A stretch of 64,000 nucleotides of DNA from Octopus bimaculoides (GCF_001194135.2 NC_068989.1:5259478-5323477), one strand, 5' to 3'. Positions 12,304 through 23,519 are shown, counted from the first letter of the stretch. Notes: generated from the letters alone by a model not told the origin. Made by a program: numbers and translations.

Positions 12304-12794
12304 GTATATGTATATATATATATATGTATATGTATATGCATACATATATGGGAGAGAAAGAGAGAGAGAGGGAGGGAGAGACAGGAAGGCAAATATTAGA
12401 GGTATCCTAGCGTCCAATATTAACACCAGGAAGTGACCCAAGCGTTTGTAATACAACACTAAGTTTCCCCTTCTTGTTAGATGAAAATAGCTGTAAATAG
12501 TGCAAAATGTTGTAAATAAAGAGGGATGGTGTAATGTAACGGAAAACCACGTTAAACGACGCTAAATTGCACAAAATAAACGCAAAATACGCAACAAGTG
12601 TAAAACGAGGCAAATTATCTCAAACTAACGTAAAATATCATTAAAATGTGCAAAATAACACAAATAAGTATAAAGTAACGGAACACGTGCAAAATTTCTT
12701 AAAATATCATGGAATTGGGGTAAAAGAAAGCAAAATATTATAAAACAGCATAGACTCGGCTAGTTCAACATATATCTACCTATGCAATACTTGA

Positions 12795-13620
12795 GCCCAT
12801 CGTCAGCGTTGCATCCTGGAATTATTTGGTGTTTTATCTCTTACAATATATAACCGCATCCAGGCGACTGGACCTAGGTTGATGAAACCCTAGGCCTGTA
12901 TTTTACTCAGCGTTGCATTAACAATTAAGCAAAATAAGCACGTGCTTAAGGGATCAAGAGAAGGAGAAGGCTCCACAAAGCTGGTAAAATAGTTTACAGC
13001 CCAAAAGAAATCACTTTAAACCTGCTAAAATAATTTTGAGGATCTACTCAAATTCTTTGCAATTTAAAAAAGTAGGAGAAAACTTTTCAAATATAAATGA
13101 AGTGGAAGTATGCAAAAAAAACAAAAAAACTACATTATTTTACATCTTACTCTTAGTTTTGTTTCATTTTGGAAAATAAAAGATTATTGTATGGTTTGTT
13201 ATTGTTTATATTTTGAATTGCCGAGGTGTCGAAACCATAATGATATCCGTGGGGCAGCTGATGATGGAGGTATGTTGGATTGTTGGTATGGCTGTTTTTG
13301 TATATGTGGAATAGTATTATAACACATCCTTTTGATATATATGGGGTACCGAAATCTTTTAAGTGTTAGGACCTTTATCGTTCTTACAGATCCTCCACTA
13401 ATCACTTATTTTCAGCCACCGCGATTTGGAAGTTTCTCAGCAGCCCCTATGTTGTTCTTCATAGCTCATTTCTGTATTGTCCAAGGTTTCACAGGCCTTA
13501 CACCGGGTACAATTTGAAAACCCAATACTGCCAACCTCCACTGGCAAACGCTTCGTTCTCCGCCCGTTCTTGCTGAACTCCACCAATGCCTGTCTCTCTT
13601 CCTCTCTTGCGCTAACTCCA
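12795..13620 (-). mobile_element. Decayed Hero-like (RLE-type) non-LTR retrotransposon 3' end, in two pieces
   Basis: 13370-13620 (-) translates as EERQALVEFSKNGRRTKRLPVEVGSIGF...NNIGAAEK, resembling the PVEVGCRGF...EAAERASRWLWL C-terminus. 12795-12895 (-) resembles the 3' UTR (CATCAACCTAGG...GTCGCCTGG...CCAGGATGCAACGCTGACGATG). Recognised from memory only. Confidence 0.55.
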
Positions 13621-13849
13621 GTGGTAGCCTACACATGAATAATTATGTTACACTCATTTTAGAGTAAATATTTCATTCTTTATTTAAATCGAGTTCTCTC
13701 TATAGATGCTCGTTAGCTCATATCATACATACTTATATACAAACATACACACACGCGTGCACACATACATTCATTTATATTTTGGTAGAGAAAGAGCCAC
13801 AGAGATTAAAATAATTGAGTGACTGAAAGAGTGAGTAAGTACATAGATA

Positions 13850-14103
13850 TTGGGCTGGTGCATAATTATTGCGGCTTTTTTTCAACAAATTTTATTCAAC
13901 AAAAACAATAACAATATTTAACAAAATCATCTTTAAATGACGATCTGATTGTCTGCCAAGCAAATGGAAAGTAGTAATTGAAGTAGATGGTGAATATGCT
14001 CCGGAATAATCATTTAAAAATGTTTTTGTTATATGTTGTTATTGTTTTTGCTGAATAAAATTTGTTGAAAAAAAAAAGCCACAATAATTATGCACCAACC
14101 CAA
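13850..14103 (+). mobile_element. Mariner-derived MITE with long TIRs and TA TSD
   Basis: TIRs of about 65 bp (TTGGG(C/T)TGGTGCATAATTATTG(C/T)GGCTTTT...). TA at 13848-13849 and 14104-14105. The interior encodes the transposase tail LPSKWKVVIEVDGEYAPE*. Confidence 0.9.
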
Positions 14104-14396
14104 TACATACATACATACATACATACAGACAGACAAACACACATTTATTTATGTGTGTATGAATACATATGTTGTAGATACACCACGACACAAAATAAGA
14201 ATCTGAAAATGTGACAACGCGGGAAGATTAAGATCACGCGCGCGCACACACCCACACACACACGCACACACACGGATACCCATTTTCTCCCTCTCTCTCT
14301 CTCTCTCTCTTTCACACACACGCACACCCAAACACAGATAGATCCCACGCAGAAACGCACATGAATACACACGCACACACATACTCTCTTTCCCGC

Positions 14397-14435
<39 letters not shown>

Positions 14436-15254
14436 TATAGAGACAGCTATAAACCCTTCCATACAGACACACACACGCACACACTCACGCACGGACGTCC
14501 ACACACACGTACACATTCATACACACACATACACACACTCATACAGCACCATGCAGAAACACACTTGCGCGCACACAGACACACTCATATACGCACATCT
14601 TCATACACACACGTACACACACACACACACATAGATGCACATAGATATACATACACACCACATTCACAATAGCATCTACATACTCAAACAGGCACAGAAC
14701 CATACAGATACACGCACCCGAACTAGAGCACTTAGACACACACACACACACACACAAATAAATAAACGCGCGCACGCACACACTCATACAGCNNNNNNNN
14801 NNNNNNNNNNNNNNNNNNNNNNNNNNNNNNNNACTCATATACGCACATCTTCATACACACACGTACACATTCATACACACACATACACACGAAAGAAAGG
14901 TTGCTTATATCTTTTATTTGATGACAACCTCCCTCCACCGCACTTCATGAAATGTTCAACAGCAAAAGGTCATATGTCCAAGATGGCGACCTTTGCGTGT
15001 GACCCAACCTTTGACTGACGCTTCATTATCAAACACCCGATAAAGCTCCGAAGTAGCAGCCACCTCTGCCCTCCCCAACCAACCCCCTCTCTCTTTTTGA
15101 CTTCTTTCCTCTCCCACTTCGTCTTAACTCGAGAGACTTCAATGCTGTCACTCCTTCCTGCTAGAAATAGCAGTCAAATTCTCAACCATTCGTGACGTGG
15201 TTACGAAGCGAGCTTCATTAACCACACAACCATTCCTTGCACCTATTCTTTTAT

Positions 15255-15625
15255 TCTTTTACTTGTTTCAGTCATTTGACTGCGGCCACGCCGGAGCACT
15301 GCCTTTAGACAAACAAACCGACCCCAAGACTTATTCCGGACTCTTAGGCCGAACCGCTAGGCTACGGGGACATAAACACACCAGCATCGGTTGTCAAGCG
15401 ATGGTGAGGGACAAACACAGGCACACAAATACATACATACTTACATACACACACACACACACACACACAATGGGATTCTTTCAGTTTCCGTCTACCAAAT
15501 CTACTCACAAGGCTTTGGTCGACGAGAGGCTACAGTAAAAGACACTTGCCCAAAGTGCCACGTAGTGGGACTGAACCCAGAACCATGAGGTTGATTAGCA
15601 GGCTTCTTACCACACAGCTACTTCT
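15255..15625 (-). mobile_element. Full-length SINE family B with internal (CA)n microsatellite
   Basis: Head GCTGTGTGGTAAGAAGCC...GGGTTCAGTCCCACT, central microsatellite at about 15430-15470, 3' tail GGCAGTGCTCCGGCGTGGCCGCAGTCAAATGACTGAAACAAGTAAAAG. Confidence 0.9.
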
Positions 15626-15824
15626 ACTCCTATGTATAATAGAAGTTTTTAAACATCAAATGGCTATGAGGATTTACCCTAACAAAAGAGGAATCAGAAG
15701 GGTCCATAGACAAAAATTGGTTGAAACCCACTGGTTTAAAGGGGCTTCATTCATATTTACATTTTTCAATGTAGTGGCTGTGTGGTAAGAAGCTTGCTCA
15801 AGTAAAGCTGATTTCGGGTTGACA

Positions 15825-16150
15825 CTGGCACTCCGTCGGTTACGACGACGAGTGTTCCAGTTGACCCGATCAACGGAACAAGCTGCTCATAAAATTAATG
15901 TGCAAGAGGCTGAGTACTCCATAGGCATGCATTCCCTTAACGTAGTTCTCAGGGAGATTCAGTGTGACACAGAGTGTGACAAGGCTGGCCCCTTGAAATA
16001 CAGGTACAACTCAGTTTTGCCAGTTGAGTGAAGTGGAACAACGTGAAATCAAGTGTGTTGCTCAAGGACACAACGCGCCACCAGGGATCGAACTCACAAC
16101 CTTAGGATCATGAACCCAGTTACTCTTAACCACTAAGCCAAGCGTCTTCA
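15825..16150 (-). mobile_element. SINE family C with the GTAACCGACGGAGTGC-type tail
   Basis: tRNA-like head (GCTTGGCTTAGTGGTTAAG...GAGTTCGATCCC), then GTTGTGTCCTTGAGCAAC body, then a tail shared with the 9359-9601 element. Confidence 0.85.
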
Positions 16151-16671
16151 CAAACCGCATCAAAAACGACGATGACGGCATCGCATTCTCTTCACATCCA
16201 TTACACACTGTCACCGAAATCCGATAAGACACCAGAGAGTGGATGCAGCTTGCTTCCTCTCCCGCCTTCGTTCTCTTTCATCCTCTCTCATTCATCTCTC
16301 TCAACATTATTTCTCTACTCCACATCATCTTCTCCTCCCACTTCGACCACACTTTATCTAGCCCCCATCTATGCTCGATGTCGCTATAACGTATTTTACT
16401 TGTGCGAGCAATAAAACGCCCACCCCGAAAGTCATTGAGTAAGCATTCAAGTATTTCTCCTTTCAATAAAACAGTATTCAAGCCAACGAGGAGTGCTATT
16501 ATGTGATCGCATGCTCTACTAGAAACAGCAGTCACATTTCCCTCAAATCAGATTTAAAAATAAAGAAAAACATCGGGAAAAGTCGTAGTTGCAAGGTTGT
16601 TGATTGCAAGTTTAATTAATCTGGATCGACCACTAACACATATCTATCTATCTCTCTATCTATCTATCTAT

Positions 16672-16855
16672 CTATGGGAAAATTTACGAAAAAAAACATC
16701 AGACGAAGACAGGTGGTGTAAACAACAAATGGATGTATTAGTTTAACGCTCGGGAATAGAGAATGTCTTTGACGTTTCGAGCCTACGCTCTTCAACTGAA
16801 AGGAACACAGAAAGAAACAAGGAGAAAAAAAATATAAATGTAGTGGTCAGCGATC
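16672..16855 (-). mobile_element. Penelope-like element terminal (pLTR-type) fragment containing a hammerhead-like motif
   Basis: Pyrimidine-rich leader, TTGAAGAGCGTAGGCTCGAAACGTC motif, then TTGTTGTTTAC. The same layout occurs at 21060-21290 and 56815-57010. Confidence 0.55.
16767..16802 (-). ncRNA. Minimal type I hammerhead-like motif (degenerate core)
   Basis: CTTT-CAGTTGA-A-GAGC/GTAG/GCTC-GAAAC-GTC-AAAG: stem I CTTT:AAAG, 4-bp stem II, palindromic ACGT stem III, GUC triplet. The core is CAGTTGA rather than CTGATGA. Confidence 0.5.
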
Positions 16856-17564
16856 TATATATATATATATNNNNNNNNNNNNNNNNNNNNNNNNNNNNNN
16901 NNNNNNNNNNNNNNNNNNNNNNNNNNNNNNNNNNNNNNNNNNNNNNNNNNNNNNNNNNNNNNNNNNNNNNNNNNNNNNNNNNNNNNNNNNNNNNNNNNNN
17001 NNNNNNNNNNNNNNNNNNNNNNNNNNNNNNNNNNNNNNNNNNNNNNNNNNNNNNNNNNNNNNNNNNNNNNNNNNNNNNNNNNNNNNNNNNNNNNNNNNNN
17101 NNNNNNNNNNNNNNNNNNNNNNNNNNNNNNNNNNNNNNNNNNNNNNNNNNNNNNNNNNNNNNNNNNNNNNNNNNNNNNNNNNNNNNNNNNNNNNNNNNNN
17201 NNNNNNNNNNNNNNNNNNNNNNNNNNNNNNNNNNNNNNNNNNNNNNNNNNNNNNNNNNNNNNNNNNNNNNNNNNNNNNNNNNNNNNNNNNNNNNNNNNNN
17301 NNNNNNNNNNNNNNNNNNNNNNNNNNNNNNNNNNNNNNNNNNNNNNNNNNNNNNNNNNNNNNNNNNNNNNNNNNNNNNNNNNNNNNNNNNNNNNNNNNNN
17401 NNNNNNNNNNNNNNNNNNNNNNNNNNNNNNNNNNNNNNNNNNNNNNNNNNNNNNNNNNNNNNNNNNNNNNNNNNNNNNNNNNNNNNNNNNNNNNNNNNNN
17501 NNNNNNNNNNNNNNNNNNNNNNNNNNNNNNNNNNNNNNNNNNNNNNNNNNNNNNNNNNNNNNTT

Positions 17565-17876
17565 CGGGGTCGATAAATTAAGTACCAGTTACGCACTGGG
17601 TCGATGTAATCGACTTAATCCCTTTGTCTGTCCTTCTTTGTACCCTCTATGTTTAGCCCCTTGTGGGCAATAAAGAAATAAGAAACGTTAGCACGCCGGG
17701 CGAAATGCTTAGAGGTATTTCGTCTGTCTTTACGTTCTGAGTTCAAATTCCGACGAGTTCAACTTTGCTTTCATCCTTTCGGGGTCGATAAATTAAGTAC
17801 CAGTTGCGTACTGGGGTCGATCTAATCAACTGGCTCCCTCCCCCCAAATTTCGGGCCTTGTGCCTAGAGTAGAAAA
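17565..17876 (+). mobile_element. Two adjacent SINE A copies with different 3' tails
   Basis: The first ends GCCCCTTGTGGGCAATAAAGAAATAAG; the second ends GGGCCTTGTGCCTAGAGTAGAAAAG. Confidence 0.85.
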
Positions 17877-18425
17877 GTTTATGTAACAGCTGCCTAAACT
17901 TAATTGTTTTTTTAAAATAGCTCCCAAGACGTGAATTTTTTCGGTTGGTATCTTTTCTACGTTGACCAAGTTAAAAGACTTGACCTTTAGTGTCTGAGGA
18001 ACTCTATCATACCCACATCCAGCGAACCACCTCAACAGATTCCGTCATCCACAATATTCCATTCACAAAACTTTGGTCAATCCGAGATTATAGCAGGAAC
18101 CATGTCATGTCCACGTTGCCGCGCGCTGAGATCGAAACTAGACCCACGTGAATGTGAAACGTATCCTCTTAAGCTCTCGTCAAATCACAATCTTCGATTC
18201 TTCTACAATGTCGTATATCTCGTCTGTCTGTGTGTCATTCGGATAATTAAGGTGGTATTTAAACATTAACTCTTAATTAAAGTGAATAATATTCTAATTA
18301 ATAATTAATAACCAAAGAATACATAGCTATAAGGAATTTAGTGCCAGCTAATCATTAGTTAATGATCCTGTTTTAATTATTTCAGAACGATCTTTAGTTT
18401 TAATAACTTCTTGGGAATGTTTCCA

Positions 18426-18473
<48 letters not shown>

Positions 18474-18624
18474 TACTTTCTGTTCGGAGTTCAAATGCTG
18501 CCGTGGTCAACATTGCCTTTCATTCTTTCGTGGTCGATAAAGTAAGCACCAGTTGAGCTCTAGGCTCGATATAATCGATTTCTCCATCGCTCAAAATTGT
18601 TGGCCTGGTGCCAAAATAAGAAAG

Positions 18625-18645
18625 GATTATTATTATTATTGTTAC

Positions 18646-18708
<63 letters not shown>

Positions 18709-18720
18709 TATTATTGATGT
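18625..18720. repeat. (ATT)n/(CAT)n microsatellite
   Basis: Direct reading. It lies at the 3' end of the R4/Dong-like fragment. Confidence 0.95.
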
Positions 18721-19130
18721 TGTTTTCATCATCAATTTCTTTCAATTCTGTTTCCATGTCTTGCCGAGTGTCTTCCTGACACCTAGGGCAGAGAAACGCA
18801 GTGTATACATTGGTAGGCCATTAAAATAAACACACCAGATTGTTCATTTACAAACTCATGTGATAGGGGAAAAGGAGAAGAAAGACAGAGAGAAAAAGGA
18901 AAAAATAAAAAAGTAAACAAAGAAAATAAAGGAAAGAAAAGTCGCAGTGACAATGCTCTTCTCAGTACATGTGATGAACCAGTTAAGACAATCTTTTGCA
19001 CTTCCTGCATGGATGGTAAACCAGGGATCATTCCTAAATAATTTTCAGTTCCTTTTTTGATCGTTCCAAGTGCTCCTATTGTAACCGTCTTGAGATGCCA
19101 CATCTTTTCAATTTCGATTAAAAAATTCTA
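18720..19130 (-). mobile_element. R4/Dong-like RLE non-LTR retrotransposon, 3' fragment with UTR
   Basis: IEIEKMWHLKTVTIGALGTIKKGTENYLGMIPGLPSMQEVQKIVLTGSSHVLRRAL is the characteristic GALG...QK...G..H.LRR.L C-terminus of this group. Confidence 0.75.
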
Positions 19131-19141
19131 TTTATTTATTT

Positions 19142-19229
19142 ATGCAGCTGAGGATAGCCCTGCATTTAAATTGATGCAATGATTGCATTGTCCAATTAAA
19201 TGGAGCTGCTTGAAACGGTCGTACTGCAT
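19142..19229 (+). ncRNA. Type I hammerhead ribozyme candidate with extended stem II
   Basis: Stem I ATGCAG:CTGCAT; core CTGAGGA 19148-19154; long hairpin 19155-19211; GAAA 19212-19215; stem III AC-GGTC-GT; GUA triplet 19221-19223. Confidence 0.75.
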
Positions 19230-19350
19230 TATCTCTTGATATCCTGTTGCGTATTTTGATTTTATTCACCTCACTTTGAGTCGTACGGATAATACCGCAT
19301 TAACTTGCTGCTTCAACTTAAGTACGTAATTCAACTGAATCTCAATTATT

Positions 19351-19425
<75 letters not shown>

Positions 19426-20010
19426 CACACCGTAATTTAGCGGCTCGGCAAAAGAGACAATAGAATAAGTACTAGGCTAAAGCCCTTCCGACTAAAACCC
19501 TTCAAAGCGGTGCTCCAGCATGGCCTCAGTTAAACGATTGAAACAAGAGTAAAAGAGTACATACATACATACATACAGATAGATATAAATATATATTTAC
19601 ACACGTGCAAACACACATTATCTCTCTCCCTCTCTTATACGCACACATGTACATATCCACGCACACACATACACACACGCACGCACGCACATAGTGGAAA
19701 TGTTAAAGTTACACACATACACACACACACACACTCAGCCCCCCCCCCCGCTTCCGACCTATCTGCTTTTCCAGTTCTTATGAAGCCGCTGTCTCGCCGA
19801 AGACTCCATGCAGGGATAAATCATACAGGATGCAGTGAGACACTCCGTTCCCGTGTAATACGTGGATCAGTGGGTTTAATGGACGCTGACTCATTTTTGT
19901 AAACAATCAAATAACGGAAGTCCTTAGAATAACAGTCTTCTATAAGTTCTTTGCTCTGTTGTCGCCTGGAAGCAAACGAACACTCCTTATCCATCCATCC
20001 ATCCATCCAT

Positions 20011-20049
<39 letters not shown>

Positions 20050-20079
20050 TCCATGTATGTCTTTTCTTTCTGTTAATTC

Positions 20080-20435
20080 TTTTACTTGTTTCAGTCATTA
20101 GACTGCGGTCATGCAGTAGCACCGTCTTCAAAAATTTTAGTCGAACGAATCGACCCTAGTACTTATCTTTTGTAATGCCTGGTACTTATTCTATCGACTT
20201 TTTTGGCTGAACAGCTAAGTTACGGTGGCGTAAGTACACCAGCACACGCACACACACACACATTTATATACGACGGGCTTCTTTCAGTTTCCGTCTACCA
20301 AATCCACACATTATGTTCTGGTTGGCCCGATGCTATAGTTGAAGACACTTGCCCAAGGTGCTACGCAGTGCGACGGAACCCAGGACCATATGGTCGGGGG
20401 GCAAGCTTCTTACCACACAATAATGCCTGTGCATG
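20080..20435 (-). mobile_element. Full-length SINE family B
   Basis: Same head, internal (CA)n and tail as 15255-15625. Confidence 0.9.
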
Positions 20436-21153
20436 CTAACTTTGGTGAATACAAAAATATTTAGATTATCTCCCGTTCTCACATGGAACTAATGTTAGTT
20501 GTCCCTTGGTGTTTATGATACACCCTCTAGAGGCAGAGATAATTATAATAAATTAAGAATCTATGTTGTATGGTATTTGATATACCTGTATTTGTGTAGG
20601 GTAGTCAAGGCTGGATTACTGCTGACTGTTGCCCTAATCATATACTCAAGATGGTTCTTTCCTTCCTTTCCATTGCATAAATGAGAAAAAGAAAAGAAAC
20701 AGAAAGCTATGACTGAAGAACTGAATGTGTTGCAGCTGATGAAATATTCAGTATTTTTCTTGATCATCCTCCGGCCACACTCAACAAATATATTGAATAT
20801 AATGGTGGTGGTGATATTGGTGGTGTTGGTGATATGTGCTGGTCGTGGTGGTGATGGTGATGATGGTAGTGATAATTGTGGTGGTTGAGGTGATGGTGGC
20901 GAGAGAGCATATGCACCCAGATACTTCGATTAGAAAAACACCTAAAGAAGTGCCAGACCTAGGATTTCAAGGTATTCATCAGAGTCGCTCAATGCAATAG
21001 AGTAAATCTCAGAATCATGGAGGGCCTCTTTCTCAACAGTAACCACTTATGAATAACAAAAAAGAACTACTATAGCAACACCGGTGTGCGCATGTCACCT
21101 TCCCTCCCTCAGACTTCTGAGTAACGACCTTTTTCCATTCCCCGCTTTTCTAA

Positions 21154-21193
21154 GTGTCCTGAAGAAGAGGTCATAGCCCCGAAATATAGAAAT
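21154..21193 (+). ncRNA. Minimal type I hammerhead-like motif in a Penelope-like terminal fragment (about 21060-21290)
   Basis: GTGTC-CTGAAGA-AGAGG/TCATAG/CCCC-GAAAT-ATA-GAAAT: palindromic ATAT stem III, AUA triplet, one mismatch each in stems I and II. Confidence 0.45.
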
Positions 21194-21437
21194 ATAAGTT
21201 AACACTCCGACGTTCGTCGTTCGTTATTTTCTTGTAGGTGTTGTTTACTTTATACCTACTCACATTTTTCCGGCCTAACCCAACAAGTCTATTTAATATA
21301 TCTATGTATATATGCATATATATACATATATATATGTATGTGTATGTATGTATGTATGTATATGTATATATATATATATATAGATAGATAGATAGACAAG
21401 CACACAGACAGACAGACAGACAGACATATAGATAGAT

Positions 21438-21496
<59 letters not shown>

Positions 21497-22469
21497 CAAA
21501 GAAAGAGAGAAAGAGATAGCTTAATATACAACCAAATAAGCTGAAAAATAAATAATTATTTAAGCGTAGAAAATTTGTCTTAAAATCAGAACAGTTTGGT
21601 GGTTTCAAGTTAATTGAGGAAATCCGATGCCATCCGCGAAATTACATCATAATTAACACTCCTGTTACATAGCTTAACGCCTTCGCAGTCCATCATATAT
21701 ATATATACACACACATACATACGTACATACATACACACACGCACAAATGTATATATATATACATATATGTATATATATATATATNNNNNNNNNNCGCACA
21801 AATGTATATATATATACATATGTATATGAATGCATGCATGTATGTATCTGTGTGTTTATGTACACGTGTGTGTGTGTATATATATATATGTACATATAAA
21901 TGTATGTAGATATGTATATACATTACATACAACACATCTGTATAAACATGTTTGTATGTGTGTGTGTGCGCGCGCGTGACATTGCGTCTAAGCGAGAGAC
22001 GGACAAACAAATGTAGATGCGCTGGACCAGAAATATTTCAGAATTTATTGCGAGCTATATCTCATCAAACCAAGGTGGACTTAGCCATTTCGTATTTTAT
22101 AGGAATGACAAAGTCCTAAAGTCAATTCATTCAATTTGAACCTTTGAAGACAGTGCTCCAGCATGGCTGCAGTTCACAGACTAAATCCAGTAAGAGAAAA
22201 TGAATAACATATTTACATTTGCAGACAAACAGGCAAGCAGACAGACAGGCAAGCAGACAGACAGGCAAACAAACAGACAGACAGAGACGCACACACACAC
22301 ACACACACTCATGCTCACACACACATATATATATACACATAAACCTACACACAGATATTGAGATGGTTTAAATAGGTCCTCCGTTGGTTTCGGCGATGAA
22401 TATCCGTTGAGTGAACAAGTAAGTGACTGAGCACTGAAAAGACTCGAGATTCATGCAAAAGAAATTAAT

Positions 22470-22720
22470 ATCGTCTTGACTCTTAGGACTCACAGGTCCC
22501 ACGCTTACCCGGCATCAATGGCCTATAAGTGGGCGAGCTCACAACAATCCACACTCAACGGGACGCCAATCGGGCGCACGGTTATTCATGTACAGATGAG
22601 GGGACACCAGCAACGTGAAATGGAGTGTTTTGCTCAAGAGTACAATGCAACGCCTTGTCCGGGAATCGAAACCACGATCTTGCTTTTGTGAATGCAACGA
22701 CTTAACCAGTATGCCACACA
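22470..22720 (-). mobile_element. SINE family C with a third tail type
   Basis: Head and body as in the other C copies (TTTCGATTCCCGGAC, TTGAGCAAAACACTCCATTTCACGTTGC). The tail ends GGGACCTGTGAGTCCTAAGAGTCAAG. Confidence 0.65.
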
Positions 22721-23519
22721 CACATGTAACGTGATTCCCAGTTAGAATCACCATGAAGCAATAGCATATTGTAACATGTTCAATCTGGTAAGGCACTAAG
22801 TACTGCTACAGTTCACTCTGGTTCGAATTTCACCTACACTGTCTCACTCATAAGGTTGGGTTGACTGGGAAATATATAGTTAAAACAGACTTGCTCAAGA
22901 TGCCACGTACTGGAATCGAACCTCCGATTCTAAGATTACAAAATCTCAAGCACTCGATCATGCTTACATTCATTCACAAATTGGTGGGATTCTCGTCGTT
23001 TTCAACGATGAACATTCAATCGTTCGCTCATCTGAGCCACATAATTAACCGGAGGCTTTAGTGAAAGACTTACCCAATATGCTACGTATCAATGGCGCAT
23101 CTCATGTGTAAGTTGCTGCCTGGGGCGGTTCTTGTGTTTACCGCTCAATAATTATATCTTGCACTTGGATAGTAAAAACATCATCTTGGAAATGTTGTGT
23201 TAAGTAACGGTCCCCGAGGGAGGTTACACTTCCTGTCGGTATTGTTTACAGTTTGCAAATTCTTCACGAACGTAGCCATGCATAACGTTCTGTTGGTACG
23301 CAAAACAATACTCCAGTCTGTTTTTTTTGCATGTAGGAGATTAGATTTCTAGGTCCTTGTTGCAGTTCTAGTAATTCTAGAATCATTTGGAACGTTTTCT
23401 CAAACTAAGTACATCTCGAAGGGTTCACTCTCTACTCGTAAGATGTTTCTCTCCACACTTTTGAGCTCTTGGTTAAGGCATCTGGTTTTATTGTCATTTA
23501 GCAGATGCTATATGCGGCT

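Noticed and set aside
20712-20752. CTGAAGA followed by an ACTGAAT/ATTCAGT hairpin
   Set aside because: It lacks the downstream GAAA and the NUH site.
20950-20990. Minus-strand CTGATGA...GAAATCCTAGGTC
   Set aside because: Stem II and stem I do not pair.
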